Source of the DNA: Chrysomallon squamiferum | Taxonomy: Eukaryota > Animalia > Mollusca | DNA length: 64,000 nt | NCBI GenBank assembly: GCA_012295275.1 | Contig: CM022666.1 | Span: 12,586,001 to 12,650,000, forward strand | Direction: 5' to 3' | Shown here: positions 1 through 11,080 of the stretch, piece by piece | Numbering within the stretch: position 1 is the stretch's first letter | Layout of the letters: every line of letters begins with the position of its first letter | Translations under genes and position numbers: made by a program | Notes under the pieces: model-generated | Seen by the model: the letters and a program-made list of their open reading frames with translations, nothing else | Database searches by the model: none | What the model was told of the DNA's origin: nothing

Positions 1-710
1 ATTCTGTGGTCTACACTGAGAAAAATTCTATGCGCTTTTTTAATTATTATTTTTTTTTATTCTTGTTTTTTTTTTTTTTTTTTTTTTATTATATATTTAT
101 AATTTATCGTTGAATTGAGCTTAAAAGGTGAATAAGTTTGCTATAAACTAAAATTTCCTGTCAAATTTAAAGGAATATACAATCTTATAAACTGACATTT
201 CCTATATCGTCGCCATTTAAGTTGTAAATGACACGCCAAAGTAGCACCAAACAGTACATCTAAATATCCTGTTAAAACTTTCCACGGCCTGTTAGGGAAT
301 GGTTAAGGGCCTACTGCGTGAGATCAAAACGGTTTACCATCATAATTCATCATGTGGATCTAAATATAATATATTAGAAACAACAATTTTTTTTTAAAAC
401 AATTTTGTTTGGTGAGAACAAAATTACAAATGAAAAATAAACGATTACATTATCTAAGTTTTGTTTGGAAACAGATTTTAATAAAGATCAGTCAAGGGAG
501 AATCAGGATAATCATGTTAAAAAATTAAAAATATTTGTGTTTTTTACCAAACTCTTATCATAACAAGACCAAAGACTCTCCTTGTGATCTTGAATCTGTA
601 TAAGTCTAAAGTTTCCATATATATAAGTATGTAAGTATATATTCTAAGGATGTCTTTGTAGATTATATTATTATTAAAAAGTCTGTTAAGTCCTGTTTTT
701 AAAGTACTAT

Positions 711-1141
711 TTACCAAGCCACATTTACACCTAAAAAATGGCGCGTTGGATCAGCCATTATGTGATCAAAATGAGAGGTTTTCACGTACACCAAGTCACC
801 AGCATTTAGAGTGAATGTTCCGCTCAGATAACTTGGGTATTCATCATACTTTCTGTAGAAGTCAGTATCACACTCAGTGAAGTTGTTGCTAAGCAACACC
901 TCATCTTCAGCCGTTGTTGCCTTGTATCTCATCACAAGATGTTTCCAGATTTGGTTCTCGTCGTAATCTTTGTCTTTCAGTTTTTGCCAGTCAAACACCA
1001 TCTGGCTGTAGACTCGATACATTCCGTGTGTTGGTATGGTTATTTTACCATTTTCGTATTTCATCCAGTTCCGAACGATACTGCGTTTCAACTGGTCTTC
1101 ACTGTTCCAGTTTCGAATCATCCGAACTGATGTGTCATTTG
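711..1141 (-). CDS. TNF-superfamily ligand copy 1, terminal exon (bulk of the TNF homology domain)
   Basis: Translation contains THD hallmarks: NW...ENGKITIPTHGMYRVYSQMVF and SYLSGTFTLNAGDLVYVKTS...HFLG, ending at TAA (711-713). AG acceptor at 1143-1142, phase 1, open to the stop. Confidence 0.93.
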
Positions 1142-1142
1142 C

Positions 1143-1146
<4 letters not shown>

Positions 1147-1207
<61 letters not shown>

Positions 1208-1212
1208 TGATG

Positions 1213-1274
<62 letters not shown>

Positions 1275-1400
1275 GATAATAGTGATGAAAATAATGATAA
1301 TGATAACAATAATAAGAAGATAATAACACAGTATCAATAATAATAACAATAATAATAAAGACATAATGATGATAATAGTAATAATGATAATAATATCAAA
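1147..1400. repeat. (AAT)n microsatellite and degenerate extension abutting the THD exon acceptor (also ~20918 and ~32633)
   Basis: Direct trinucleotide run. Confidence 0.97.
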
Positions 1401-1898
1401 AACAACAACAATACACATACATACATGTACATAAACGTAACCATAAACATACATAGAAACACAAACATATGTACACGTCACCTCCAGAGTGCAGGTGAAT
1501 GGGTGTCATATATTTAAGACTCATCACTGGTGCTTTGTGAGGTGTGACAGGACTTTGTCATCCTCTACCAGTGCTTTTCTCACTATTGTCTAAGTGCAGA
1601 GTCACATGTACACAAGACAGAGAACAGTCATTCATAAATACATACAAATATACATACTGTTGTATACAATTGTAAATCAGCTTAACAGAATAAAACAACC
1701 ACTTAGTCCAGAAAATTACACTGCCAATATGGCACCTAAAACTGGTGCAAAGTTATTAATACCCCATAATATATAGTATAACACACACACACACAAACAG
1801 ACACACAGTATAACTAACACACACACACACACTACACTGCCAATATGGCATTCACACTGGTGCAAAGTTATTAATATCCCATACTATACAGTGTCTCA

Positions 1899-1946
<48 letters not shown>

Positions 1947-2066
1947 ACAAACAAACATACACATAAACACATTTGTACATACAAATAAAGATACAAGTGA
2001 TCTGAGATTGAAGGGTTCAGAAAAAAAAAAAAAAAAAAAATAACAAAAAAAAAAAAAAAAAACTAC

Positions 2067-2132
2067 TGTAATCTGTATCTTCCAGTCCTTGTAGGTGTAC
2101 CATTGGTTTAAACAGACTCAACTGATGAAGAG
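2067..2132 (-). CDS. TNF ligand copy 1, 66-bp exon encoding THD strand A (LHQLSLFKPMVHLQGLEDTDY)
   Basis: TTTTAG acceptor and GT donor, phase 1-1, splices in frame to the terminal exon. KPMVHL matches the KPxAHL strand-A motif. Same peptide in all three copies, with two synonymous changes in copy 2. Confidence 0.88.
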
Positions 2133-2405
2133 CTAAAACATAAATAAACAATGACTTTAATATTTTAACTACTGTTTGTACTTTGATTCTTCTTTCTCTT
2201 ATTAGTATTAGTAGTGATTACTAGTACTAGTACTAGTAGCAGCAGCATTAGTAGAGATAGTAGTAGTAATAGTAGTTTACTGCATTACTTTCCTATTTCA
2301 TTCCAGTGTGTGTTTGTGTGTGTCACATTGATGTATGTTACATATGCCTAATGATTTTAAATATGTCAAATAATATATACTGTCTATGCCTAATGATATA
2401 TACAC

Positions 2406-2422
2406 CAGAATTCATTAAAGTA
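2406..2422 (-). CDS. Candidate 17-nt microexon of TNF copy 1 (TLMNS)
   Basis: AG/GT bounded, phase 2-1, exactly bridges the 53-bp exon and the 66-bp exon in frame. The homologous site in copy 3 has a GTGAGT donor but lacks the AG. Confidence 0.35.
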
Positions 2423-3039
2423 CTTCAGTGTTAGGAAATTTAAAAAAAAAAAAAAAAAAAAAATTAAAAGAGATATACAAAATAGATTAACTGTTAATAT
2501 CATCAAACGAATCATTAAGCTCATAGATAATAATCAAATGCAATAAGGTTAGCTATCCCATGAAGAAAATATGTTTTTAATTATTGTTAGAAATGGGTGA
2601 AACATAACAATTAGCTTTACATTACAAGAATATAAACTTCTTACTAATTGATCTTTTACTCCTCAATGGTTTAATAGATGAAGTTTTTATTCCATTTAAA
2701 GTTCTTTATAAATCTGAAAAGTTAAAATGATTGAAGAATAATGAATATAATAATAGTTTCTAAGACACATTTTCTAAAGTGGTGGTGGATGTTTGGTATG
2801 TATTTAATTGTCAAAGGAAATGGCATCAGAAAAGTGTGTATGTGTTTTGTTAGTGACTGTATATGTAGATATGTTTCTCTTTTTTAATTTTTTATTTCAC
2901 TCACTCCTTATTCAAATTTTGGATGATTTTCAAAATGTGGACACTATCTGTAACATCTACACACAGGAGACTGAAGAAAGGTTAACTTGTGACAGTAAGG
3001 ATGTCAAGACAAAAAAAAAATAAAAAATAAAAAAAAACA

Positions 3040-3900
3040 TCTAAAGACGAAAGGAAGGTAAACATTTAATATCAACTAAACAAGGTATGAAGAAGTTGGG
3101 AATGTGAACATTTTATAACAGAATACAGAGAGGAAAGAAAGATAAAATATTTAATAACAAGATATAAAGAAGGAACGAAGTTAGACATTTAATAAAAACA
3201 AGTATAAAGAAGAAGAGAACTTAACAAGGTAGACATTTAATAAAAAAAAAAGTATAAATAAAAAAGAAGGAAACATTTAGTAACAAAGTATTAAACATTT
3301 AATAAAAATGTATAAAGAAGAAAGGAATGTAAACATTTAATAGGAAAGTATAAAGAAGAAAAGTAAGCAAACATTTAATAACAAAGTATAAAGACAAAAT
3401 AATGCATAAATATTTAGTAACAAGATTCAAAGAAGACTGTAAGGAATCAGTACAAATGAAAATCAGAAAAATGTATTTAACTGTCCAAGGAAATCGCAAG
3501 TGAGAAACGTTTGTGTGTGGTCTTTTTAGCATATATATATATTTAAGAGATATGTTTCTCTTTTTTTGACTTTATTTAACTCACTCCTTATTAAAAATGT
3601 TTATGATTTTCAAAAATAGGACACTATCTGTAATATCTATACTGAAGAAAGGTTAACTTGTGACAGTAAGGATGTCAAGAAGAAAAGAACAAAGATAAAA
3701 ACATCTAAAGAAGGAAGGAAAGAAAACATTTAATAACTGGGTATAAAGAAGGAAGAAAGATAAAAGATTTAATAACAAGATACAAAGAAGGAAGGAAGGT
3801 AGACATTTAATAAAAATTTATAAGAAAGAAAGGAATGTTAACATTTAATAACAGGTATGAAGAAGAAAAGCAAGTAAACATTTAGTAACAGGTGCAAAGA
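3040..3900. repeat. Degenerate ~40-bp intronic minisatellite (core AACATTTAATAACAA) within a local ~0.6 kb duplication
   Basis: Recurrent ACATTTAATAA...AAAGAAG units; ~2860-3060 is similar to ~3545-3740. Confidence 0.7.
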
Positions 3901-4388
3901 AGCCTGGAAGGAAACAGTACAAATGAAAATTAGAAAAATGTGACAATATACATCTGCAGGGATTATCCGAGTCTATATTCTGTGCAATATTTTTAACCTT
4001 ACAGTTACCGTTTAAAATCATCTACGACACTGTATCTCGCAATGGTATAGGCATATGATTTTTTCAAATGCTAAATTATGTTGAGGAATAAAACAAAACT
4101 ATTTATTTATTTATATATTGTAATAATGGTACTGTTTTAATTTAAAAATAAATATAAACTTGAACGTTATTTACACTGGTGATTGTGTTTCAGTGTTTGT
4201 ATTCATGTTCGGCTGATGTGATTTCCAGTTTCAACAACAATTAACAGAGTTTTAAATTTTTTGGTCTGAATCTTTCTTTGGCAATTCAAAATCATCATTA
4301 ACGTGCACGGTAGTTTAGTATCACAAATTGCCTTTCATTCGCTATTCCAGTATGTTTACAGGACAACAATGGAAATAGTGTTTTTCAC

Positions 4389-4441
4389 ATTCTCGAGCTC
4401 TCGTGGTATTTTAATGTTTGTATGTAGACCTTTTCACATTG
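4389..4441 (-). CDS. Candidate stalk exon of TNF copy 1 (QCEKVYIQTLKYHESSR)
   Basis: Strong TTTATTTTGTACAG acceptor conserved in copies 1, 3 and 4. Only phase 0 is open, matching the phase-0 end of both first exons. GTGAAA donor. Confidence 0.55.
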
Positions 4442-4608
4442 CTGTACAAAATAAATCGTACGAAATAAAATGTTATATTAACATTCTAAGGAAACGCCCA
4501 AGCCTAAAGCTATTGCTTAGTACATATTTAAATTATTATTATTTTCTCATGTTATTTGCAATAATTATTAATTTATTTTTAGATTTATTATTTTTACAGG
4601 AAATAATG

Positions 4609-4656
<48 letters not shown>

Positions 4657-4674
4657 CAATTTATAAATAAAAAC

Positions 4675-4920
4675 CTTCTTAAAATCTCACTTTCCAATAC
4701 ATTTAGTTGTTTGATTAATTTCCTTCCTTTTTGTAAAAAACACTGCAGTTGTTTCCTGACATAATACGCAATTATAGTTTACAGGCGTTTGTTGTTTTGT
4801 CGACAGTAAAATAAATAAAACAACAGACACAATTCCTCCAAAGATACTGATGCAGAAAACCACCAAAAAAAGACCTTTATCCTGTACGAAGTAAGCATTA
4901 TGGCGGAGAAATAGTAACAT
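4675..4920 (-). pseudogene. TNF copy 1 first exon type B (type II TM anchor plus CxxC stalk), apparently disrupted
   Basis: Encodes LVVFCISIFGGIVSVVLFILL followed by NCVLCQE. Relative to the open copy at 63382 it has a 1-nt deletion in a T run (frame rescued only by the ATG at 4920) and TGC>TGA at 4689-4687 before the donor. Confidence 0.6.
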
Positions 4921-5608
4921 AGGACACAAAACGAGTCACGTGACGCTTCATATCAATAATTCTACGCTACACAATTCGGGACAAAATTTAATAAACGCGT
5001 AGTTGTTGCATGCAGTTTTTTGTCTAATTATTACAATTCTGATGTTTATTAATTACTTGTTTTTGTGATGATGACAATCATCATTATTACAAACCTTGTT
5101 ATTATAAATAGTAATTTTATCTGTTTATTAGGAGTATTAGTAACTGTAATATAGGTATGTCTACTTAAGAAAAAAGAAAAGAAAAAAAGGTACGATGAAT
5201 GCCTCCATGAAGTCGCTCTTTCCAATGCAATATTTACTGTTTGATTTTTCTTCGTTTGCAACTAACCCTTCCTTCAAAAAAACACAACAAAACAAAAACT
5301 TATTTCTCATGGCACGACAAAAACTAATGCTTTTATACCTTGTAGCTTAATTTTTTCATGAGTGGCTGGCGCTCACGTTTCTTTCTTGTTTATTAACGAC
5401 ACAGACAAGAGAACAGAGCAGATATTGAATTGAATATATTTATTTCAGACGAGTATATCTTTATTTCAGACGAGTTTGAAGTGGTGTGTGTTTGTTCGTA
5501 ACGTCTAGAGGAAGTTACACTTAATTGAAATATAAAATTTAAAAACGAATACCTTGTTCAGGCCCCCGTTACTAACACAACGTTTAATAGTTTGTTTTCT
5601 GCACTCAC

Positions 5609-5743
5609 CTTCTTCTCTTCGCACAATATAGGCTCTGTCTGTGTGTGTGATCCGCGGTTTTGATACATAACAACCTTCAAAGCAATCGAAACAGTCGCTA
5701 GAAGTATGTTGAGACACAACAGGACACAAACTACAGTTCTCAT
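5609..5743 (-). CDS. TNF copy 1 first exon type A (type II TM anchor, MRTVVCVLLCLNILLATVSIALKVV...LCEEKK)
   Basis: 45 open codons with a ~20-aa hydrophobic segment, ending at a perfect AAG|GTGAGT donor in phase 0, with core promoter motifs directly upstream. Confidence 0.7.
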
Positions 5744-5849
5744 TATTTTTTTTTTTATCCATTTTTTTTTTTTTGTTTTTTTTTTTTTTTTTTTTTTGTT
5801 TTAATTTCTGCTTTTAAAAGCTCTCTCTGGCAAAGCCAGGGTGTGAGTT

Positions 5850-6060
5850 AATTTTTATACGTGTACGAGGACCAATCACAGCTAGACTTAGCAGAAGTAC
5901 ACCACTTGTCACATAATCCGCCCTTGTATACGTCATAAAAAGCTGAACGATACGATGCTCCGTTGTGACAGACACGCCAACTGACCTGTCGTTGACATAC
6001 TTGATCACATAAACATTGCTCCGATTAGCAGGTTAATTTTATTCAGTTTCAGTTTTTCGT
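5850..6060 (-). promoter_or_regulatory. Putative promoter of exon A, copy 1
   Basis: TATAAA (5859-5854), CCAAT (5872-5876), GC box GGGCGG (5923-5918) and ISRE-like AAACTGAAACTGAA (~6042-6056). Confidence 0.5.
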
Positions 6061-6352
6061 GTATAGTATCACTGACTGACACCTCGTACCACAAGTACGC
6101 TTTTCAGGAATAAGTCATTTTATTAACAAATAATTGTACGAGTTAATACATTTAATACAACTAAACAAGGTATAAATAAGTTGGGAACGTGAACATTTTA
6201 TAACAGAATATAAAAAGGAACAAAAATAAAACATCTAATAACAAGATATAAAGAAGGAGCAAAGTTAGTCATTTAATAAAAAAAAAGTATAAAAAAAATC
6301 AAAGTATGACAAGAAAATAAAAATCTCTTATGATGCATGCAGGCTATATAAC

Positions 6353-6384
<32 letters not shown>

Positions 6385-6499
6385 CAACAACAACAATAAT
6401 AGCTGAAGTGTGCAAATGAGAATTTCAGTATAAGTTTAGTGATCTTTCTTCCACTACAAAAATCACCCAGGTTATGTTGTTAACTCAGTATTTTTGTTG

Positions 6500-7500
6500 T
6501 TACCATTACTTTGTTTTAATTTTATTTTATAAATACAATGAGAGACAAATTCATTTCAAAGTGTGCAATGCTTGGTTCACCACTGGATCATTACATTTTG
6601 TATTTAAAACAACAAAACACAAAAAACACATTCTCTTATTTGGTCTAGTAGCTGATATAAAAATGATGCTGTCATCATTATAAAACGTTAATATAGTGAA
6701 TGTAACCTTCACTGAAGTACTTGAAACTCTGCTGACGGCTTTTGAAAGATATAGCCGTATCTCTTAAAAAATCCAGACAGAAATTCACTGACAGATCGGA
6801 CAATTTAGTCCTTTTTCTACGTGATTCTTCCGCCATTCTTTTTAGTTTAACTAACCGAGCAACAATCGGGTTACACCCCTTTTGGGGGCGGAGTTACGTA
6901 CGCTGACTAATGTAATCGTTTATATCTGTATGTGTATGTTTTGTAAATAGAACTTTCAATCATAGCTTAACTAACCGAGCAACAATCGGGTTACACCCCT
7001 TTTGAGGCGGAGTTACGTATGCTGACTAATGTAATCGTTTATAACTGTATGTGCATGTTTTGGAAATAGAACTTTCAATCATACATTCCTTGTAATTTTA
7101 TATTTAATGCTGTAACATGTTTGTTTTGAACTAATACTGGATGTTAATGAAATAGTATTTCTTCATATTTCTATTAAAGTATTATTTGTTTTGTTGTTAT
7201 TTTGTTGCAAATTAAGGAAATGTAAACGACAATTATATTGTTCGATAACCGGTCAAACGAAGAAATAATACGTTCGATTCTATGGTCGGAGAATTTCAAA
7301 ATTCTTACCTTTGTGCAGTCACATGTATCCGAGTTGATTTTCGATGAATTCAGCTGTTCCCACGGCCTTCCGCATATGATTGATCCACTTGAGGCATTTT
7401 TGTAAATTCCATTTTGCTTTGGAAAAGACACGAGTATTACACCAACTGTTCGTTCCGGATATTGATCATACACAGACTGTAACTTTATCTCTTTACCACG
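6500..7500 (-). mobile_element. Degenerate DNA transposon relic: THAP-domain exon plus SWIM-like ORF start (ISL2EU/Harbinger- or Kolobok-like)
   Basis: About 7310-7475 reads, across frameshifts, YPERTVGVILVSFPK..KCLKWIN..CGRPWEQLNSSKINSDTCDCTK|gtaaga, the THAP pattern FP...W...C.R...C.K. About 6836-6500 reads MAEESRRKR... and FKYFSEGYIH, with a decayed C/H cluster. Contains an internal 120-bp tandem duplication (6849-7083). Confidence 0.55.
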
Positions 7501-7649
7501 ATAGTGTTTAAGCTTCTACACACGTGGAATAAAATAATACAAGCATGCTCGTTTCTCATTGGATCATGTATGGCAGAGGGGAGGGTCAACTCAGTGTGTT
7601 TAGTAAATTTATACTCGCTAAAACTTATTGGAGGATGACATTTGTTTAA

Positions 7650-7701
<52 letters not shown>

Positions 7702-7702
7702 A

Positions 7703-7737
<35 letters not shown>

Positions 7738-8269
7738 CGTAACGCAAAAATACCTCAAACTCAAGGTGAATAGTTTCATTGTTTTCTTTTGATGAGAAAT
7801 AAGTTCGCGAGCTTTAAAAGAATACGAAATGACATTATCAATAAAAACCTTAAAATATTTGTGCAAACATAAAGTTTGTTCTTTTAAGAGTTACTCTGTT
7901 TTACTGACAACATTTGGTCGCTAAATGTACGATACAATCACTTCAAAACATATACTAACACTGTGAATTTAACATTATTACTTAATTATTATTATTATTA
8001 TTATTATTATTTTATTTTATTTTATTTTTTATCCACCGTTTGCTTGGCAAGGGAGCCAAATGTAACTATCCTAATTGTGGGGATCAAATATAGGTGTCGA
8101 TCTGAGACAAGAGTGCAATTTTGAAATTGATATAACACGACCAAACTTCCAGTTACACTTCGTCTACAAGTTATCGTGTATCTGACAACACTAACGAGCA
8201 GTTTGTTTACACTTTGTTTAATTAAAGGATTTCTACTTTATATTACAGTAATTACACTTTTACAAAACT

Positions 8270-8340
8270 CTAAAGGGGGACATAAACATTTTTTAGATGC
8301 TGAGGTGGGGCATGGAGCAAAAATGATGGGAACCAGTGAT
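8270..8340. mobile_element. Degenerate hAT/Charlie-type MITE terminus
   Basis: GGTGGGGCATGGAGCAAAA...GAACCAGTG. The inverted paralog at ~60209-60245 begins CACTGGTTCTCAACCT, close to the CAGTGGTTCTCAAC hAT-Charlie terminus. Confidence 0.4.
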
Positions 8341-9625
8341 GTAAGGCAAGAAAAGACAGCCTGGAATTATTCCTCAGAACCGAGTGTCTCTTCATCTGGT
8401 GTCTTTCTGTTTTTATTAAAAGAGATCTAAATCAGTTCCATATGCATATCAGTAGATAAAGCCATCCGTTTGATATTAACAATTAATCTATTTTATATAT
8501 ATATATATATATATTTAATTTGCTATTAATGAAATCTGGAGTGAATTTTCCTGACATTTTTTAAATATCACAATAAAATATGAATATCACTGATGTGTTA
8601 TTTTATTGTTGTATTTACTTTGTTATTAAAAACGACTGGTACCAAAATCATAGGTTATTGTAGTAGTATACAAAATTGGAGAGGCATCAATAACAGGCAT
8701 ATACTGCATATATATATATGTACATATACATCATTAGGCATATATATGTGTGTGTGCGTGTATGTATGTGTGTTTGTATGTGTGTATGTGTGTGTATGTA
8801 TGTATGTATGCATGTATGTATGTATGTGTGTATGTATGTATGTATGTGTGTATGTATGTGTGTGTGTGTTTGTAAAAATCTATGTGGATTCTCTTGAAAG
8901 TTTCAGAGAACTTTATCAGCAGTGTTAGTTACACACAATTCTGTGTCAGATGTGACAAACTGTATACAGATTACTGGAACGAATAACCAATTTGTCAGCA
9001 ATAGTATATCCAATTTAAAAAAAAAGAAAAGAGAAAGGTTTGTTTTCATTTAGTTTAATATAATCAACACAAGAATTAAAATGAACAATCTGTTTTTATT
9101 TTAAGCATTTCTTTTCGTTGAATGTGTTCTCTTTGTTCGAAATTTGGTTCATAGAAATGGACCAACCACTCCTTGGTTTCTGGCCAGGCTCGTCTCGATA
9201 AACCAAAATATTTTGAACGTACATGGATTCGAATGTAATGCTATGCTTTTGAAAGCAGTTTAAACCTATGCTTGATAACCAAACTATTTTAATTTCTAAT
9301 TTGGTAAAGTTTTACTCGTTGATTATTCAATATAATAGAATATTGGAAATATTTCCAGTGAATATTTAGTCCTGAACTTGACACTGTGAACTACAATCAA
9401 GTACTTTACTACTACTCTTCATAATATTTTTTATTATTTATCATTTACCTCTCTCTCTTTCTCTCTGTTCCTTTAATTCTATTATTTTTTCCAGTGTTCG
9501 TCTTTCCTGTTCTTCTTTTCTCTTCATCTGTCTTTCCACCAGTCTGTCTTTCGTTGACATGATTTCCTGTTCACTGGTCTGAAATATTTATCAATATAAA
9601 CCTTTAAAACAAAACTAAAACCTAA

Positions 9626-9668
<43 letters not shown>

Positions 9669-10130
9669 TTAATGAAAAATAACTGCCCCTCATCTGAAAG
9701 AAAAACCATTATAAATTGTAACAAGAACAGAAAAACTAAATTTCCAACTCACTACTAAAAAGTAAGTTAAATTCTCAGTGTAGAGTACTTTTATAAGAGA
9801 GTTTATAAATTTTTTGCATAGTTGCAGCTTGAGCCAAAGTATAATTGTTTCATTCTTTTTACATCAACTTTTATAGTGGTATAAATATTTTAAAACAAAA
9901 ACAACCACTACAAGAATGAATAATTTAAATTGTGTCTATCTGTGAATCAATCTGTTAATATCCATATAGATTTGGATATCTTGTTTAATTTCTACATTAA
10001 CATACATATTTTGTTATGTGTTTTTGTGTAGTGAACTTTGCATGTAACTGTAAGCATATTTCCAATCCTGTCTGTATGAATGTTTCAGTGTAGAGAGGAT
10101 GCAAAGATATGTTGCTTATAAAAGGGAGAT

Positions 10131-11019
10131 TCAACTGAAATATATCCTATTCCTGAAGTATTGAGATTCACTGTCATTAGGCTTTCCAGACTTGTACACA
10201 GTGATAGTAGGGGTCCCTACAGAGATGAACAGCAGTGGACTGTGACGGATGTTGAAGAAACAGAGTAATTGTTGACGTGAGCAGATGAACTGTTCTTTTT
10301 CACTCTGTCTTTGCTGAGCACTGGTTTTGAACATTTGGCATGTTTCATTCATCACCAAATGGCACAAAGAATCCTTTGATTGCTCCACTGCAAGTGTGAA
10401 AACTTTCACCATTGTTTCCATTTTCAGAAGATGCATCTATCTGAGCTTCAGTGGGTTATTGTTATTGTTGCTCCTTGCAACATATATCTAGCTCTGGTGA
10501 TCACTGCAGCAGTTTGCGTTTTGAAGGCATCAGAGTAGCTCAGAGTCTGAACTACTGGTGGAGTGTGTCTGCTGATGACACTGGTGGGTACTTTTGGTGA
10601 CAACTGTTGAGTTTGCTGTTGTGCCAGTTCTGCTGCTGGGTTTCAAGATTCTACGTGACCAACGTGTCCACCAGAGGGCAGTGCTATTTGATGGTGGACA
10701 GGGTGACCGGCCAGAGGTGACTGCTGTTTGGAAGAGGGTACAAATATGGCGGGGTTCCCTGTGGTGACTGCATGCTGAGTATCTCTTTCTGCTGTAATGA
10801 CAGTCATGAAATCTCTCCCTGCAGCTCGGTCAGGCTGTGGTTCAGCTTGTCAAGGGAAGAATCCATCGATGGTAAACTTTCTGACTGTTTGTCATTGCCT
10901 GTGAGTACGGTCTGCCAGCTGGACGATGGACAACTTCCGTTTGAGATTTCACTGCTGCTGGGTCATGGGTTATGAATCACACAAGATACATAACTATTAC
11001 GGTTCTACAGCTGGTTTGT

Positions 11020-11080
<61 letters not shown>

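Noticed and set aside
1142-1481. 256-aa ORF with poly-Ile/Tyr as a microsatellite-encoded TM anchor fused to the THD (also 32627-32771)
   Set aside because: This is intronic (TAT)n read-through. A proper acceptor and an upstream strand-A exon exist, and the read-through product would lack KPMVHL.
1469-1613. 129-bp intronic segment flanked by ATGTACAC direct repeats as a hAT insertion
   Set aside because: No convincing terminal inverted repeats, and the flanks are low-complexity AC/AT sequence where such 8-mers recur by chance.
5505-5762. Cys-rich alternative-frame ORF (CSLCP...DCFDCFEGC) as a TNFR-like or metal-binding peptide
   Set aside because: It is the shifted frame of TM exon A, opened by a poly-A length change, and the equivalent start is in the TM frame in other copies.
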